Source: Bacillus subtilis subsp. subtilis str. 168
Lineage (GTDB): Bacteria > Bacillota > Bacilli > Bacillales > Bacillaceae
Direction: 5' to 3'
Assembly: GCF_000009045.1 (NCBI RefSeq)
Contig: NC_000964.3
Coordinates: forward strand, 2,610,001 to 2,642,000
DNA length: 32,000 nucleotides
Positions 1 to 10,716 of this stretch are shown piece after piece. The translations under genes and the position numbers were made by a program. The notes beneath the pieces were generated by a model. The model was not told the DNA's origin and did not search any database. It saw nothing but the letters and a program-made list of their open reading frames with translations. The stretch's first letter is position 1. Each line of letters begins with the position of its first letter.

Positions 1-40
1 ATCCCTGTTCCTGTGAGATAATGACACACACGGGAAGAGA

Positions 41-1352
<1,312 letters not shown>

Positions 1353-1455
1353 TTACCTATAATGGTACCGCTATCACTTTATATTTTACATAATCGCGCG
1401 CTTTTTTTCACGCCCATTTCTAAAAATGTAAAATAAATGTAAGAATTTTCAGCCA

Positions 1456-1827
1456 TTACAGCTTTGGCAAAAAAATAAGTAAACCAATGATACACGAAAT
1501 CACGGCAAAAACGCAAACAGCCCCGGCGGCAGCGTCCTTGGCCGCTTTAGCAAGAGGGTGATGTTTGTCAGTTATTAAATCAACCGTATGTTCAATGGCT
1601 GTATTTAAAAGTTCAAGCGAAAACATACCACCTATCAAAAGGAATATAATCATCCACTCAATAATGCTGAGCTCTACAAGGAAGCCGCAAATGAGAACAG
1701 CGCAGGCGGCTGCGGCATGAAATTGGAAATTCCGCTCCGTCCGCGCTGTTTCCCATATGCCCCGGCCTGCATGCACGAAGCTTTTGAAGAATCGATTCAG
1801 CTCATTTCTATGATCTTTTGAGTCCAT
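1456..1827 (-). CDS. dgkA: Undecaprenol/diacylglycerol kinase family membrane protein
   Basis: 123 aa, three hydrophobic helices, motif ELLNTAIEHTVDLIT typical of DgkA-family kinases. Confidence 0.93.
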   Translation of the reverse strand: MDSKDHRNELNRFFKSFVHAGRGIWETARTERNFQFHAAAACAVLICGFLVELSIIEWMIIFLLIGGMFSLELLNTAIEHTVDLITDKHHPLAKAAKDAAAGAVCVFAVISCIIGLLIFLPKL

Positions 1828-2281
1828 AAGCGTCCAGCAATTCCTTTTGCTTAGTAAACATCTCCTCTTCTTCCTCTTTCGTCATATGGTCATATCCTAA
1901 AAGGTGCAGAAATCCGTGTACAGCTAGAAATCCGAGCTCTCTTTTAAAAGAATGATTATACTCCTCTGCCTGCTCTCTTGTGCGATCGGCACTGATGATA
2001 ATATCACCTAAAACCGGAGGCATTTCGGCGCCCACGATTTCGATCTCGCCTTCTCCCTCTTCTTCAAGAGCAAATGAGATGACATCTGTCGGAGCATCCT
2101 TTCCCCGGTATTCTTTGTTAATCTGATGTATGTCATCATTGGAAACAATCGTGACAGAAACTTCAGCCTGATCCTGAACGCCTTCACGCTCAGCGGCAAA
2201 TTGAAGCAGATTTTCTACTTCTTTGAGCATCTCTTCTGAGACGCTTCCCGTTTCATCAACGATATCAATCAGTAAACTCAT
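1808..2281 (-). CDS. ybeY: Endoribonuclease YbeY (YqfG), rRNA maturation
   Basis: HGFLHLLGYDH metal-binding motif. 157 aa. Overlaps dgkA by 20 nt. Confidence 0.96.
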   Translation of the reverse strand: MSLLIDIVDETGSVSEEMLKEVENLLQFAAEREGVQDQAEVSVTIVSNDDIHQINKEYRGKDAPTDVISFALEEEGEGEIEIVGAEMPPVLGDIIISADRTREQAEEYNHSFKRELGFLAVHGFLHLLGYDHMTKEEEEEMFTKQKELLDAYGLKRS

Positions 2282-4417
2282 CTATTTCACCTTCTTAGTA
2301 GCCTCCGGATATTCAATCCGGGAGTGGAAAATTCCTTTTAATGTTGCACAGAGCGTTTTTGCGATTGTATCCAGCTCTTTAAATGTCAAATCGCATTCAC
2401 TGAACTGTCCGTCCTGAAGCTTATCGGATATAATACCCCGGACAAGCTTTTCAATTCGTTCAGGATTTGGATTGTGCATGGATCTGACGGCCGCTTCAAC
2501 ACTGTCGGCCACTGATATAATTGCGGCTTCCTTTGACTGCGGCTTCGGTCCCGGATAACGGAACTCTTCCTCTGTAATCTGGTCGCCTTTTTCCTTCGCT
2601 TTATAGTAAAAAAACTTTAAAAGCGAGGTTCCATGATGCTGCTCAGCAATATCGACAAGCTCTTTCGGAAATTTATAGCTTCTCAGCATATTCGCACCGT
2701 CTGTCGTATGCGAGATAATAATATTTTTGCTCAACTGAGGTGACAGCTTGTCATGCGGATTGTCAATATTCATTTGGTTTTCAATAAAATATTGCGGGCG
2801 CTTTGTTTTTCCGAGATCGTGATAATATGCGCCGACTCTTGCAAGCAAACCATTAGCCCCAACCGCTTCACAGGCTGCCTCTGATAAATTGGCAACCATT
2901 ACACTGTGATGATATGTACCTGGTGTTTCCGTCAGTATTTTGCGCAATAGCGGATGGTTAGGATTAGACAGCTCGAGCAGCCTCATGGTGGATAAAATGC
3001 CAAAGCCCGTCTCAAAAAACGGCATCAGACCGATGATCAATACAGATGAAGCAAACCCCGACACAACCCCCATGAGCATTAACGTGCCGATTTCAAGACC
3101 CGACAGCGCAGTGTTCTGGATCAATAATAAGGATAGAACGACAACCATATTAATAAACGCCACGAAAAGTCCGGTCTGCAAAATCTTTGATCTTGCATTG
3201 TGTTTTCCTAAAAATAATACACCTGAAATGCCGCTGATCAAATAATAAATCCCTATGACATAATTGAATGTTCCTGTCACACCCTGATTAAACATCATAC
3301 TTCCGCAAATCGCAAGAATGATACTTCCCAAAATGGCAATGCGTTCATTCATCAGCAGTTTGATTAAGATGGCGCCGGCCGCAATGGGGACCAGATAGCC
3401 GATATTATTATACTCCATCTTCTGAAACAAACTGACAACCTCCATGATCACAAGCAAAAGTGTTGTGATTATGGAGAATAACAGAATGGATTGGTTTTTA
3501 AACTTCAGATTTTGTTTCTGTTTTTCAAAATAATATACAAGTGTTGCAATGAAAAGTCCGATCATAATCAATAGCCCGCTGATCGGTTTAAAGAGATTTG
3601 AGTTATTTAATAACCCGGTCAGCTCAAGTTTCCTGTACACTTCCCGATCAATGAGGTCATTTTCTTCCACGAGCACTTGCCCCTGTTTGATTTGAACCTG
3701 CTGGACATTATCTGAGGCTTCCTGCCGTTTTGCCTCTGTTGCTTTCGGATCGAAGACGTAATTCGGAATAATAGCAAAACGCCCGATTTCTGTCGCGGCT
3801 CCCAAGTATTTAGACGGAATAGAATTGCTCTTTAGCTCTTTTTCTACCTTATCCTTTGCATCAGATAGTTTATCCGAAGGGATTTCACTGCTCATGACCG
3901 TATTTACCGCGGTAATGACCGTATCTCTGACAAAAGAAAAGTCTTCACTGTCTGCTTTCAGCAATGTCTTGATGGAATCCTCCGATATAGAATCATTCAC
4001 ATCTGATGTCAATTTGTCCTTTACAGATTTGACCATTGATTTTTCCGATGGTGATTTACTGCCTTCTTCCGATGATTTTTTCACTTCACTAATACTGTCG
4101 AATATTGATGACACAAGGTCAATCCGATTGTCTGTATATTCTTTTTTTAATGTATATTGATCTTCAACCGCGTCCTCAGCGGCTTGCTTTTTTTCCTCTG
4201 TGGCTTTTTGATCTTCTACGGTTGCCGGAGCGTAAATGGTCTTGTCGCTGACTGAAAACAGGTCTAAATCAAGTGTTTCCGGCTTAACATGTACAAAGAG
4301 CAAAGCAAACATAATGGCAGCCAGCAGAAGATACAGCAGTACATGCATGGAGCGGGCATTTTTAAAACTGCTCCATTTTTTTGAGCTGCTTTTGGTCTTA
4401 GCCTTCTTTTTCAACAC
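2282..4417 (-). CDS. pgpH: Membrane HD-domain (7TMR-HD) cyclic-di-AMP phosphodiesterase PgpH (YqfF)
   Basis: Track ORF 2282..4453. A better start is GTG at 4417 (711 aa), preceded by AGGAGG. HD motifs YYHDLGK and SHTTDGANM, plus multiple TM segments. Confidence 0.93.
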   Translation of the reverse strand: MLKKKAKTKSSSKKWSSFKNARSMHVLLYLLLAAIMFALLFVHVKPETLDLDLFSVSDKTIYAPATVEDQKATEEKKQAAEDAVEDQYTLKKEYTDNRIDLVSSIFDSISEVKKSSEEGSKSPSEKSMVKSVKDKLTSDVNDSISEDSIKTLLKADSEDFSFVRDTVITAVNTVMSSEIPSDKLSDAKDKVEKELKSNSIPSKYLGAATEIGRFAIIPNYVFDPKATEAKRQEASDNVQQVQIKQGQVLVEENDLIDREVYRKLELTGLLNNSNLFKPISGLLIMIGLFIATLVYYFEKQKQNLKFKNQSILLFSIITTLLLVIMEVVSLFQKMEYNNIGYLVPIAAGAILIKLLMNERIAILGSIILAICGSMMFNQGVTGTFNYVIGIYYLISGISGVLFLGKHNARSKILQTGLFVAFINMVVVLSLLLIQNTALSGLEIGTLMLMGVVSGFASSVLIIGLMPFFETGFGILSTMRLLELSNPNHPLLRKILTETPGTYHHSVMVANLSEAACEAVGANGLLARVGAYYHDLGKTKRPQYFIENQMNIDNPHDKLSPQLSKNIIISHTTDGANMLRSYKFPKELVDIAEQHHGTSLLKFFYYKAKEKGDQITEEEFRYPGPKPQSKEAAIISVADSVEAAVRSMHNPNPERIEKLVRGIISDKLQDGQFSECDLTFKELDTIAKTLCATLKGIFHSRIEYPEATKKVK

Positions 4418-4458
4418 AAGAACCTCCTCTTGAAACATCAAGCCCATAAGCAATCATA

Positions 4459-4491
4459 AAAATGACCCGATAACGCGCGATCGGGTCATTC
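4459..4491 (-). terminator. Intercistronic Rho-independent terminator between phoH and pgpH
   Basis: Perfect 11-bp inverted repeat AATGACCCGAT (4462-4472) / ATCGGGTCATT (4481-4491), 8-nt loop. In minus-strand sense the stem runs into TTTTT. Confidence 0.8.
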
Positions 4492-4495
4492 AGCA

Positions 4496-5455
4496 TTAAT
4501 TTTGCTTATCGTATGCTTCAATAATTTTCGCAACAAGCGGATGTCTGACCACGTCTGTCTGGTCTAGCTCAATCATAGAAATGCCGTCTATTCCTTTCAG
4601 CATCTCCTTCGCTACTGCAAGTCCCGATTTGACGCCTTTCGGCAGATCAATTTGGCTAACGTCACCTGTAATGATCATTTTAGAGCCAAAACCCAGTCTC
4701 GTCAAAAACATTTTCATTTGAGCAGGCGTGGTATTCTGTGCTTCATCAAGTATAACATAAGCATCATCGAGCGTCCGTCCCCTCATATATGCGAGCGGAG
4801 CAATTTCAATGATGCCTCTTTCCATCAGACGTTCTGTATGATCTGCCCCAAGCACATCATGGAGAGCGTCATACAGCGGGCGCAAATAAGGATCTACTTT
4901 TTCTTTTAGGTCACCTGGGAGAAAACCAAGGCTTTCACCGGCTTCCACGGCAGGTCTTGTTAAAATGATTTTTTTGATATGTCCGTTTTTTAAAGCATGG
5001 ACTGCTTTTACGACAGCCAGGTACGTTTTCCCGGTTCCCGCCGGACCAATGCCGAATACAAGGTCATTCCGCTTCATAGCGGCCACGTATTCCCGCTGTC
5101 CCATTGTTTTTACACGGATTGATTTGCCTTTTGCGTTTTTTGTAATTTCTTCTTCATACATGCTTTCAAAGTATTCAAGTTCATTCTTCTTTGCCATTTT
5201 GATGGCGTAAATCACATCACGTTCAGAGATCTCTATCCCCTTGCGAATTAAAGCGAGGAGCGATCCCAGCAGCCTGTCTGCAATCTGAAACGATTCATCA
5301 TCGCCTGAAACATAAATCGTCTCGCCGCGCGTAATGATATTTAAATTCAGATCTTTCTCCATCAATTTCAAAAAAGAATCTTGGTTCCCGAAGAGTGAAA
5401 GCGCCTCGTCCGGGTTTTTCAGTTTTTGATTCATCGCAAGTAAATGTTCTGTCAT
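4496..5455 (-). CDS. phoH: PhoH-like ATPase (YqfE)
   Basis: GPAGTGKTYLA P-loop, VILDEAQNTTPAQMKMFLTRLG, GDVSQIDLP. 319 aa. Confidence 0.96.
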   Translation of the reverse strand: MTEHLLAMNQKLKNPDEALSLFGNQDSFLKLMEKDLNLNIITRGETIYVSGDDESFQIADRLLGSLLALIRKGIEISERDVIYAIKMAKKNELEYFESMYEEEITKNAKGKSIRVKTMGQREYVAAMKRNDLVFGIGPAGTGKTYLAVVKAVHALKNGHIKKIILTRPAVEAGESLGFLPGDLKEKVDPYLRPLYDALHDVLGADHTERLMERGIIEIAPLAYMRGRTLDDAYVILDEAQNTTPAQMKMFLTRLGFGSKMIITGDVSQIDLPKGVKSGLAVAKEMLKGIDGISMIELDQTDVVRHPLVAKIIEAYDKQN

Positions 5456-6648
5456 TCTTCAGTCTCCCTGACAATAGGTGTGGTTTGAACGATATCTTCT
5501 ATAACTTGGTAGAGAATAATCAACTTTACTTTACCATTCTCAACAGTCTGGTGCAAAACTTTTTCACTTTTCACCTCGCCGTTTTCGCCTATTTTATCCT
5601 CTACATCCTGTTTACCCAATTTAATGCCTTCTTGAACTGCTTCTTCTTTTGTATATTTTCGCAAAGCCTCTTCACTTTCTCTCGTTTGCTCTTTGACATA
5701 GGATACAGGGAGCTTAAATCCGAGAAAATGAAGCGAATGCTTTTCTTGTTCTGTTTTTGGATGCTTCAATTCCTCTTTTTTAAACGTCATCCCCCAGATC
5801 GGGATTGCCAAAGAACCAAAAGAAAGCTTGTGCTTTGTCCTTACTTTGCCCGTATAGACGTTAAATAATGTTTCAAGCGGGACTGTCACTTCTGATCTAT
5901 ACCAGGTTTCTCCATAAATTTCTGCTTTTGAGGCGACTTCCTGCTGATGGTCTTCGCTGCCGATCAGTCCCGAAACAAGCAGCTGTCCCTTTTCAACATG
6001 ATCGTGTATGGCGGCCATGGGCTGTCCTTTTTGCACAAACATTCTCGTAATGGTTGCTTTCTTTTTGGCGACAATATTGCGCGGGCTAACATATTTTTCT
6101 TTTTCGGGCTCATTTTTCTCCACAACTTTCATATGAATGGTCGTCCCCTTCAGATCAACTCCGACCCAAGTGATATTGTCTATTCCATTGGTTAATGATT
6201 TCTGTATTTTTTCGGGCGACATCATTAAAAACTGCAGACGGCCCTTTTTGACGCCGATTTCATTAAGATGCTGCCTCATTTGATGTTCTGTTTCAGGCTT
6301 AGCGCCTGTCACATCAATTTTCCACACCATATTGGACAGCAAAAACAAAAGAATGAAAAAAATCGCAAAACCGATCGTAAACCCTATATTCAGCTTTGAT
6401 TTCAGCAACAGGAAGGGAAATCCCTTCCGATTGATAAATCGGGCTTTACATTTAAATTTACTTCTTACCCGCCGAAAGGCATGTACATCCTGAAGCTGTA
6501 TATATAACGATACGGCTTCTTTCTTTTTTTTGACATGAAAGACCGGAATCCCCTGTCTTGTGCATTCATTAAGGAGCCGCTCAATCCCTCTTCCCGTCAA
6601 TTCAAGCTGGACCTTACCCGAAAAAAAAGACAGCCATTTATTTTTCAC
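5452..6648 (-). CDS. yqfD: Sporulation protein YqfD family membrane protein
   Basis: 398 aa with one central TM (IGFAIFFILLFLLSNMVW). Located beside yqfC and overlaps phoH by 4 nt. Confidence 0.9.
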   Translation of the reverse strand: MKNKWLSFFSGKVQLELTGRGIERLLNECTRQGIPVFHVKKKKEAVSLYIQLQDVHAFRRVRSKFKCKARFINRKGFPFLLLKSKLNIGFTIGFAIFFILLFLLSNMVWKIDVTGAKPETEHQMRQHLNEIGVKKGRLQFLMMSPEKIQKSLTNGIDNITWVGVDLKGTTIHMKVVEKNEPEKEKYVSPRNIVAKKKATITRMFVQKGQPMAAIHDHVEKGQLLVSGLIGSEDHQQEVASKAEIYGETWYRSEVTVPLETLFNVYTGKVRTKHKLSFGSLAIPIWGMTFKKEELKHPKTEQEKHSLHFLGFKLPVSYVKEQTRESEEALRKYTKEEAVQEGIKLGKQDVEDKIGENGEVKSEKVLHQTVENGKVKLIILYQVIEDIVQTTPIVRETEE

Positions 6649-6666
6649 AACATTTCCCCCTCGGCT

Positions 6667-6948
6667 TTATGACTCAACATATCGAACGACATCAATCGTA
6701 CCCTCCAAAAGTATCTCTTCCGGAAGAATCGCCTTGATGACAAAATTTTTACCAGATATGATGCACTGGCCCTGCTTCAGCATCAGCCGCACTTCATTCT
6801 CACTGAAAAGCAAAAGGCCTCTGTGGTTTTCTATGTAGATATGAAGTCTGCCAACCATTGTAATCCTCGGCAGATCCATCATAACGTCCGGGGGAATTTC
6901 CAATGCTCTTGTCAGCCAAGCTTTCATACGATTCTTTCTTTGCCCCAT
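6667..6948 (-). CDS. yqfC: YqfC family sporulation-associated protein
   Basis: Track ORF starts at 6969. ATG at 6948 (MGQRKNRMKAWLTR, 93 aa) has an AAGGGGG upstream RBS. Confidence 0.85.
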   Translation of the reverse strand: MGQRKNRMKAWLTRALEIPPDVMMDLPRITMVGRLHIYIENHRGLLLFSENEVRLMLKQGQCIISGKNFVIKAILPEEILLEGTIDVVRYVES

Positions 6949-6973
6949 ACAAAAAGAACCCCCTTTCATCTCA

Positions 6974-6981
6974 TATGTATG
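6974..6981 (-). promoter_or_regulatory. Putative sigma-E -10 element upstream of yqfC
   Basis: CATACATA on the minus strand resembles the sigma-E -10 CATACAnT. The -35 is not convincing. Confidence 0.35.
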
Positions 6982-7004
6982 ATTTGAAAGGAGGTTCTAA
7001 CACT

Positions 7005-7424
7005 TTAATTTTTACGGGCCGGGCGCATCGTACGGTGAGGTTTTTTCGCCCGTGGAGGTCCGAACACCTCTCCTAGAACGATCCCCTGTACGACGGTGTC
7101 TTTATTCACCTGAAGCATTTTTTGTTTTGTGTATACTGTTTTTTGTTTGGCAGCAGCAAGATCTCGTTCCAGCCCTTTCAGGTTTCTTGCTGTTTCCCTG
7201 CGTCTTTCTTCCGCTTCCCGTCTTGCCTGTTCCATACGGTTAGGGATAGGTGCAGGGGCATCTTCTTTTGACTGCTTCTTTTGAGGAGAAGCAGATTGCA
7301 CGTGTTGAGGTTTTTTTCTTTTTTGGCTGTTTTGCTTTTCTTCTTTGCTCTTTTTGCCGAAAATCGCAGAAATGATTCCGATGATCGCTGCAATAATAAG
7401 CGGATTGGTCAGTAAATCTTCCAT
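7005..7424 (-). CDS. yqfB: Small membrane-anchored, highly charged protein of unknown function (YqfB)
   Basis: N-terminal hydrophobic segment (LIIAAIIGIISAIFG), K/E/Q-rich middle, basic C-terminus. Downstream partner of floA. Confidence 0.75.
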   Translation of the reverse strand: MEDLLTNPLIIAAIIGIISAIFGKKSKEEKQNSQKRKKPQHVQSASPQKKQSKEDAPAPIPNRMEQARREAEERRRETARNLKGLERDLAAAKQKTVYTKQKMLQVNKDTVVQGIVLGEVFGPPRAKKPHRTMRPARKN

Positions 7425-7448
7425 CAGCGTTCTCCCTTCTTAGAGAGA

Positions 7449-8444
7449 TTATGATTTGCGGTCTTCATCCGAAGGGTCTTTCGTCAGCTTGCCGAATGAA
7501 TCACGCATTTCTGTGTCAGCATCGATGTTCTTGATATTCATGTAATCCATGACGCCAATATTCCCTTCACGCAAAGCTTCTGCCATCGCAAGCGGCACTT
7601 CCGCCTCGGCTTCTACTACTTTCGCGCGCATTTCTTCTACGCGGGCACGCATTTCCTGTTCTTGAGCGACAGCCATCGCACGTCGTTCTTCCGCTTTTGC
7701 CTGCGCGATGTTTTTATCAGCCTCGGCCTGATCGGTTTGTAAAATTGCCCCGATGTTTTTGCCGATATCTACATCTGCAATATCAATTGAGAGAATTTCA
7801 AACGCAGTTCCTGAGTCCAATCCTTTTCCAAGGACTGTCTGAGAAATCATGTCAGGGTTTTCAAGCACTTTTTTATGATTATCAGATGAACCGATTGTAG
7901 AAACGATTCCCTCACCTACACGAGCTACAATGGTTTCTTCCCCTGCTCCCCCGACGAGGCGCTCGATATTCGCTCTTACTGTGATTCTCGCTTTCGCTTT
8001 CACTTCAATCCCGTCCATTGCGACGCCGGCAATGAACGGTGTTTCAATCACCTTAGGATTAACGCTCATTTGAACAGCTTCCAACACGTCCCGGCCTGCA
8101 AGATCAATGGCAGCACAGCGCTCGAATGTGAGTTCAATGTTAGCTCGCTGAGCGGCGATAAGCGCGTTGACGACTCTGTCAACATTACCTCCAGCCAGAT
8201 AGTGGCTTTCAAGCTGGTTTGTTCCAACATTAAGTCCCGCTTTATGCGCTTTAATCAGCGGGTTAACAACCCGATTCGGAATGACGCGGCGAAGCCTCAT
8301 CCCAACTAGAGTGAAAATGCTGATTTTCACTCCGGCTGCCAAAGCTGAAATCCAAAGCATTACAGGCACAAATGTAAAAAATACTGCCAAAACAATGATC
8401 GCTACTGCGACAATTGCCAGAATCATAAGTGTTGACGGATCCAT
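7449..8444 (-). CDS. floA: Flotillin-like protein FloA (YqfA)
   Basis: 331 aa, N-terminal membrane hairpin, SPFH-like region, Ala/Glu-rich coiled coil ([20 protein letters not shown]-type repeats). Confidence 0.96.
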   Translation of the reverse strand: MDPSTLMILAIVAVAIIVLAVFFTFVPVMLWISALAAGVKISIFTLVGMRLRRVIPNRVVNPLIKAHKAGLNVGTNQLESHYLAGGNVDRVVNALIAAQRANIELTFERCAAIDLAGRDVLEAVQMSVNPKVIETPFIAGVAMDGIEVKAKARITVRANIERLVGGAGEETIVARVGEGIVSTIGSSDNHKKVLENPDMISQTVLGKGLDSGTAFEILSIDIADVDIGKNIGAILQTDQAEADKNIAQAKAEERRAMAVAQEQEMRARVEEMRAKVVEAEAEVPLAMAEALREGNIGVMDYMNIKNIDADTEMRDSFGKLTKDPSDEDRKS

Positions 8445-8465
8445 ATAACTTCTCCTCGTTTCTAT

Positions 8466-9779
8466 TTAAATTTCTCTCACGACAATGCGTGAGCCTTCTA
8501 CTTTTATCACTTTTACTTTTTTATCTTTTTCTGTAAACGATCCCTCCGATACAACGTCAAGGCGTTCATCATCAATAATCACGGTACCGGAAGGACGCAG
8601 CGGTGTAAAGGTTATACCCACTTTTCCCATTAAGTCCGTGCGCGTTTGATTTGAAACGTAGCCGCTCTCCGTGTTTGTAGAATCATTTAATATCAATTTC
8701 TTAAAGAATTTCATACGCTTTCCCAACACCCTTGTCAGTAAAATAAAAGCTGTAATCGAAACAGCTGAGGCGATCAAGAGAGAAACCGCCATGACAGTGA
8801 AGCTCCCCGCGGCTAAAAACAGGCTCGCAATAATCGCTCCCAAGCCCAGTAATCCAATGATTCCTCCGGGAAGAAAAATCTCAAGCAGAATGAGAATCAC
8901 CCCTGCTATAAAGAGGAGAACCGTCTCATACCCGGCAAGGCCGGCTGCAAGATGCCCGTAAAAGAACAGCAATAACGCAATGAGTCCAGCCGTTCCAGGG
9001 AGGCCGACACCCGGGGAAAAAAGCTCTACCGTCAGACCTAAAAAAGCGATTGTCAGCAGAATAGGGACAATGACCGGATTCGTCAGCCATCTTGCCGTCT
9101 TTTCCGCAAAGCTCTCCTTTGCATAGCTGATCTGCGCCTTTTCGAACCCAAGCTTCTTTACGAGCGTGGACAAATTGTCAGCAGTGCCTTCTGAATAGCC
9201 TACCTCAATCGCCTTGTCTGCGTTAAGTGTCAGCAGATCTCCCTTAGGCGCGCCAACTTCCTTGGCATCTATATCTGGGTCAGCCATTGCGAGCGCATAT
9301 TTTGGATCGCGGTTATTTTTCACTGCGGCATCTTCCATCTCTGCCAGCCAAAGTGATTGAGCTTTTTGGTCAGCGGCATTGCCTTGGCCATCAACAATCG
9401 CGGCGGCTCCCATTTTTCCGCCAGGCGCCATATAAATGTGATCTGCTTGAAGTGCAATATATGCACCAGCAGACAACGCGCGTTTGTTGACATATGCAGT
9501 TACGGGGATCTCGCTTTCGGTTATCAAATCGGCCATATCAATAGCAGATTTGACCAATCCCCCCGGGGTATTGATATCAAGAATAATATGGTCTGCATGT
9601 GCATCCTTTGCGTCTTGTAACGAACGGGACAAAAACGAGGCGAGACCCTGTTCGACATTTTTTTCAACCGGGATCACATAAACAGTTTGTTTTTCTGCTT
9701 TTGCGTTCAGCTGTACGCCTAATAAAGAAAGTAAAAATATACCCAAAAGAGCAGCACGGAATCCTTTGATTTGAAGCAA
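8466..9779 (-). CDS. yqeZ: NfeD-family membrane-bound serine protease-like protein YqeZ
   Basis: Signal peptide, ClpP-like region (INTPGGLVKSAIDMADLI, SAGAYIALQAD), polytopic TM region, C-terminal NfeD OB fold. TTG start preceded by GGAAGGAGG. Confidence 0.93.
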   Translation of the reverse strand: MLQIKGFRAALLGIFLLSLLGVQLNAKAEKQTVYVIPVEKNVEQGLASFLSRSLQDAKDAHADHIILDINTPGGLVKSAIDMADLITESEIPVTAYVNKRALSAGAYIALQADHIYMAPGGKMGAAAIVDGQGNAADQKAQSLWLAEMEDAAVKNNRDPKYALAMADPDIDAKEVGAPKGDLLTLNADKAIEVGYSEGTADNLSTLVKKLGFEKAQISYAKESFAEKTARWLTNPVIVPILLTIAFLGLTVELFSPGVGLPGTAGLIALLLFFYGHLAAGLAGYETVLLFIAGVILILLEIFLPGGIIGLLGLGAIIASLFLAAGSFTVMAVSLLIASAVSITAFILLTRVLGKRMKFFKKLILNDSTNTESGYVSNQTRTDLMGKVGITFTPLRPSGTVIIDDERLDVVSEGSFTEKDKKVKVIKVEGSRIVVREI

Positions 9780-9825
9780 GGGCGGTGTATCCCTCCTTCC
9801 TTTTATAATAAGTGCCTTCTCTTCA

Positions 9826-9852
9826 TACGTAACAAATGTATCAAAGGTTTCA
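9826..9852 (-). promoter_or_regulatory. Sigma-W-type promoter for yqeZ-floA-yqfB
   Basis: Minus strand TGAAAC (9852-9847), 17-nt spacer, CGTA (9829-9826). Matches the ECF sigma-W consensus TGAAAC-N16/17-CGTA. Confidence 0.8.
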
Positions 9853-9865
9853 TTTTTTTATGTAT

Positions 9866-9895
9866 AAAAAAAGACATCTCTCTTAGAAAGATGTC
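9866..9895 (-). terminator. Terminator downstream of rpsU-yqeY
   Basis: GACATCT/AGATGTC stem (9873-9879 / 9889-9895) followed, in minus-strand sense, by 7 T. Confidence 0.85.
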
Positions 9896-9909
9896 CTTTT
9901 CTTTGCCAT

Positions 9910-10356
9910 TTAAGACAGTTGACTGCTCACAAGCTTATTAATTAAACTTCCGTCAGCTTTACCTTTTACTTTAGGCATAATTGCCCCCATCACTTTGCCC
10001 ATGTCCGCTTTTGAGCTCGCACCGACCTCCGCGATGGTTTCATTTACGATTGTACGCAGCTCTTCTTCTGACAGCTGCTCAGGTAAATAAACTTCTAAAA
10101 TGTCCAGCTCTTTTTGAACTTTATCTACTAAATCTAAACGATTAGCGTTTGAAAATTCCTGGAGGGAGTCTTTACGTTGCTTAAGTTCACGAGAAAGGAC
10201 AGTGAGTTCCTCATCCTCGGTCAAACTGTCTTTCTTAAGCTTAATTGCTTCATTTTGAAGTGAAGCCTTAACCATTCGAACGACAGTCAGTTTGTCTTTC
10301 TCACGGTTTTTCATATACAGCTTCATATCCTGGTTGAGACGCTCAAGAAGACTCAT
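9910..10356 (-). CDS. yqeY: GatB/YqeY domain protein
   Basis: 148 aa, [25 protein letters not shown]-like C-terminus (here [27 protein letters not shown]). Confidence 0.95.
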
Positions 10357-10370
10357 AAATCCACCCTCTT

Positions 10371-10544
10371 TTAGAATTTGCGTTTTCTAGCAGCTTCAGA
10401 CTTTTTCTTGCGCTTTACGCTAGGTTTTTCATAAAATTCACGCTTTCTTGCTTCTTGCAAAGTACCTGTCTTTGATACACTGCGTTTGAAGCGACGAAGA
10501 GCATCTTCAAGCGATTCGTTTTTTCTAACGACCGTTTTTGACAT
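10371..10544 (-). CDS. rpsU: 30S ribosomal protein S21
   Basis: [25 protein letters not shown]..., 57 aa. The track start at 10595 is too far upstream. A GGAGGGA RBS precedes the ATG at 10544. Confidence 0.97.
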
Positions 10545-10613
10545 TCTCTTTCCCTCCCTCCGAATACACCAATCGACTACCTTTAAGTTACACATATAAA
10601 CATGTACTTTGAC

Positions 10614-10642
10614 ATTATAATATAAGCCATCAGTCAGGTCAA
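10614..10642 (-). promoter_or_regulatory. Sigma-A promoter for rpsU-yqeY
   Basis: Minus strand TTGACC (10642-10637), 17-nt spacer, TATAAT (10619-10614). Confidence 0.85.
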
Positions 10643-10716
10643 CTAAGTGAGTTCACTTTTCCGTCATGAGTGCGACTGCCTGTCTATATAATGAAAGAAA
10701 GGGGTTGGTGAATAGG

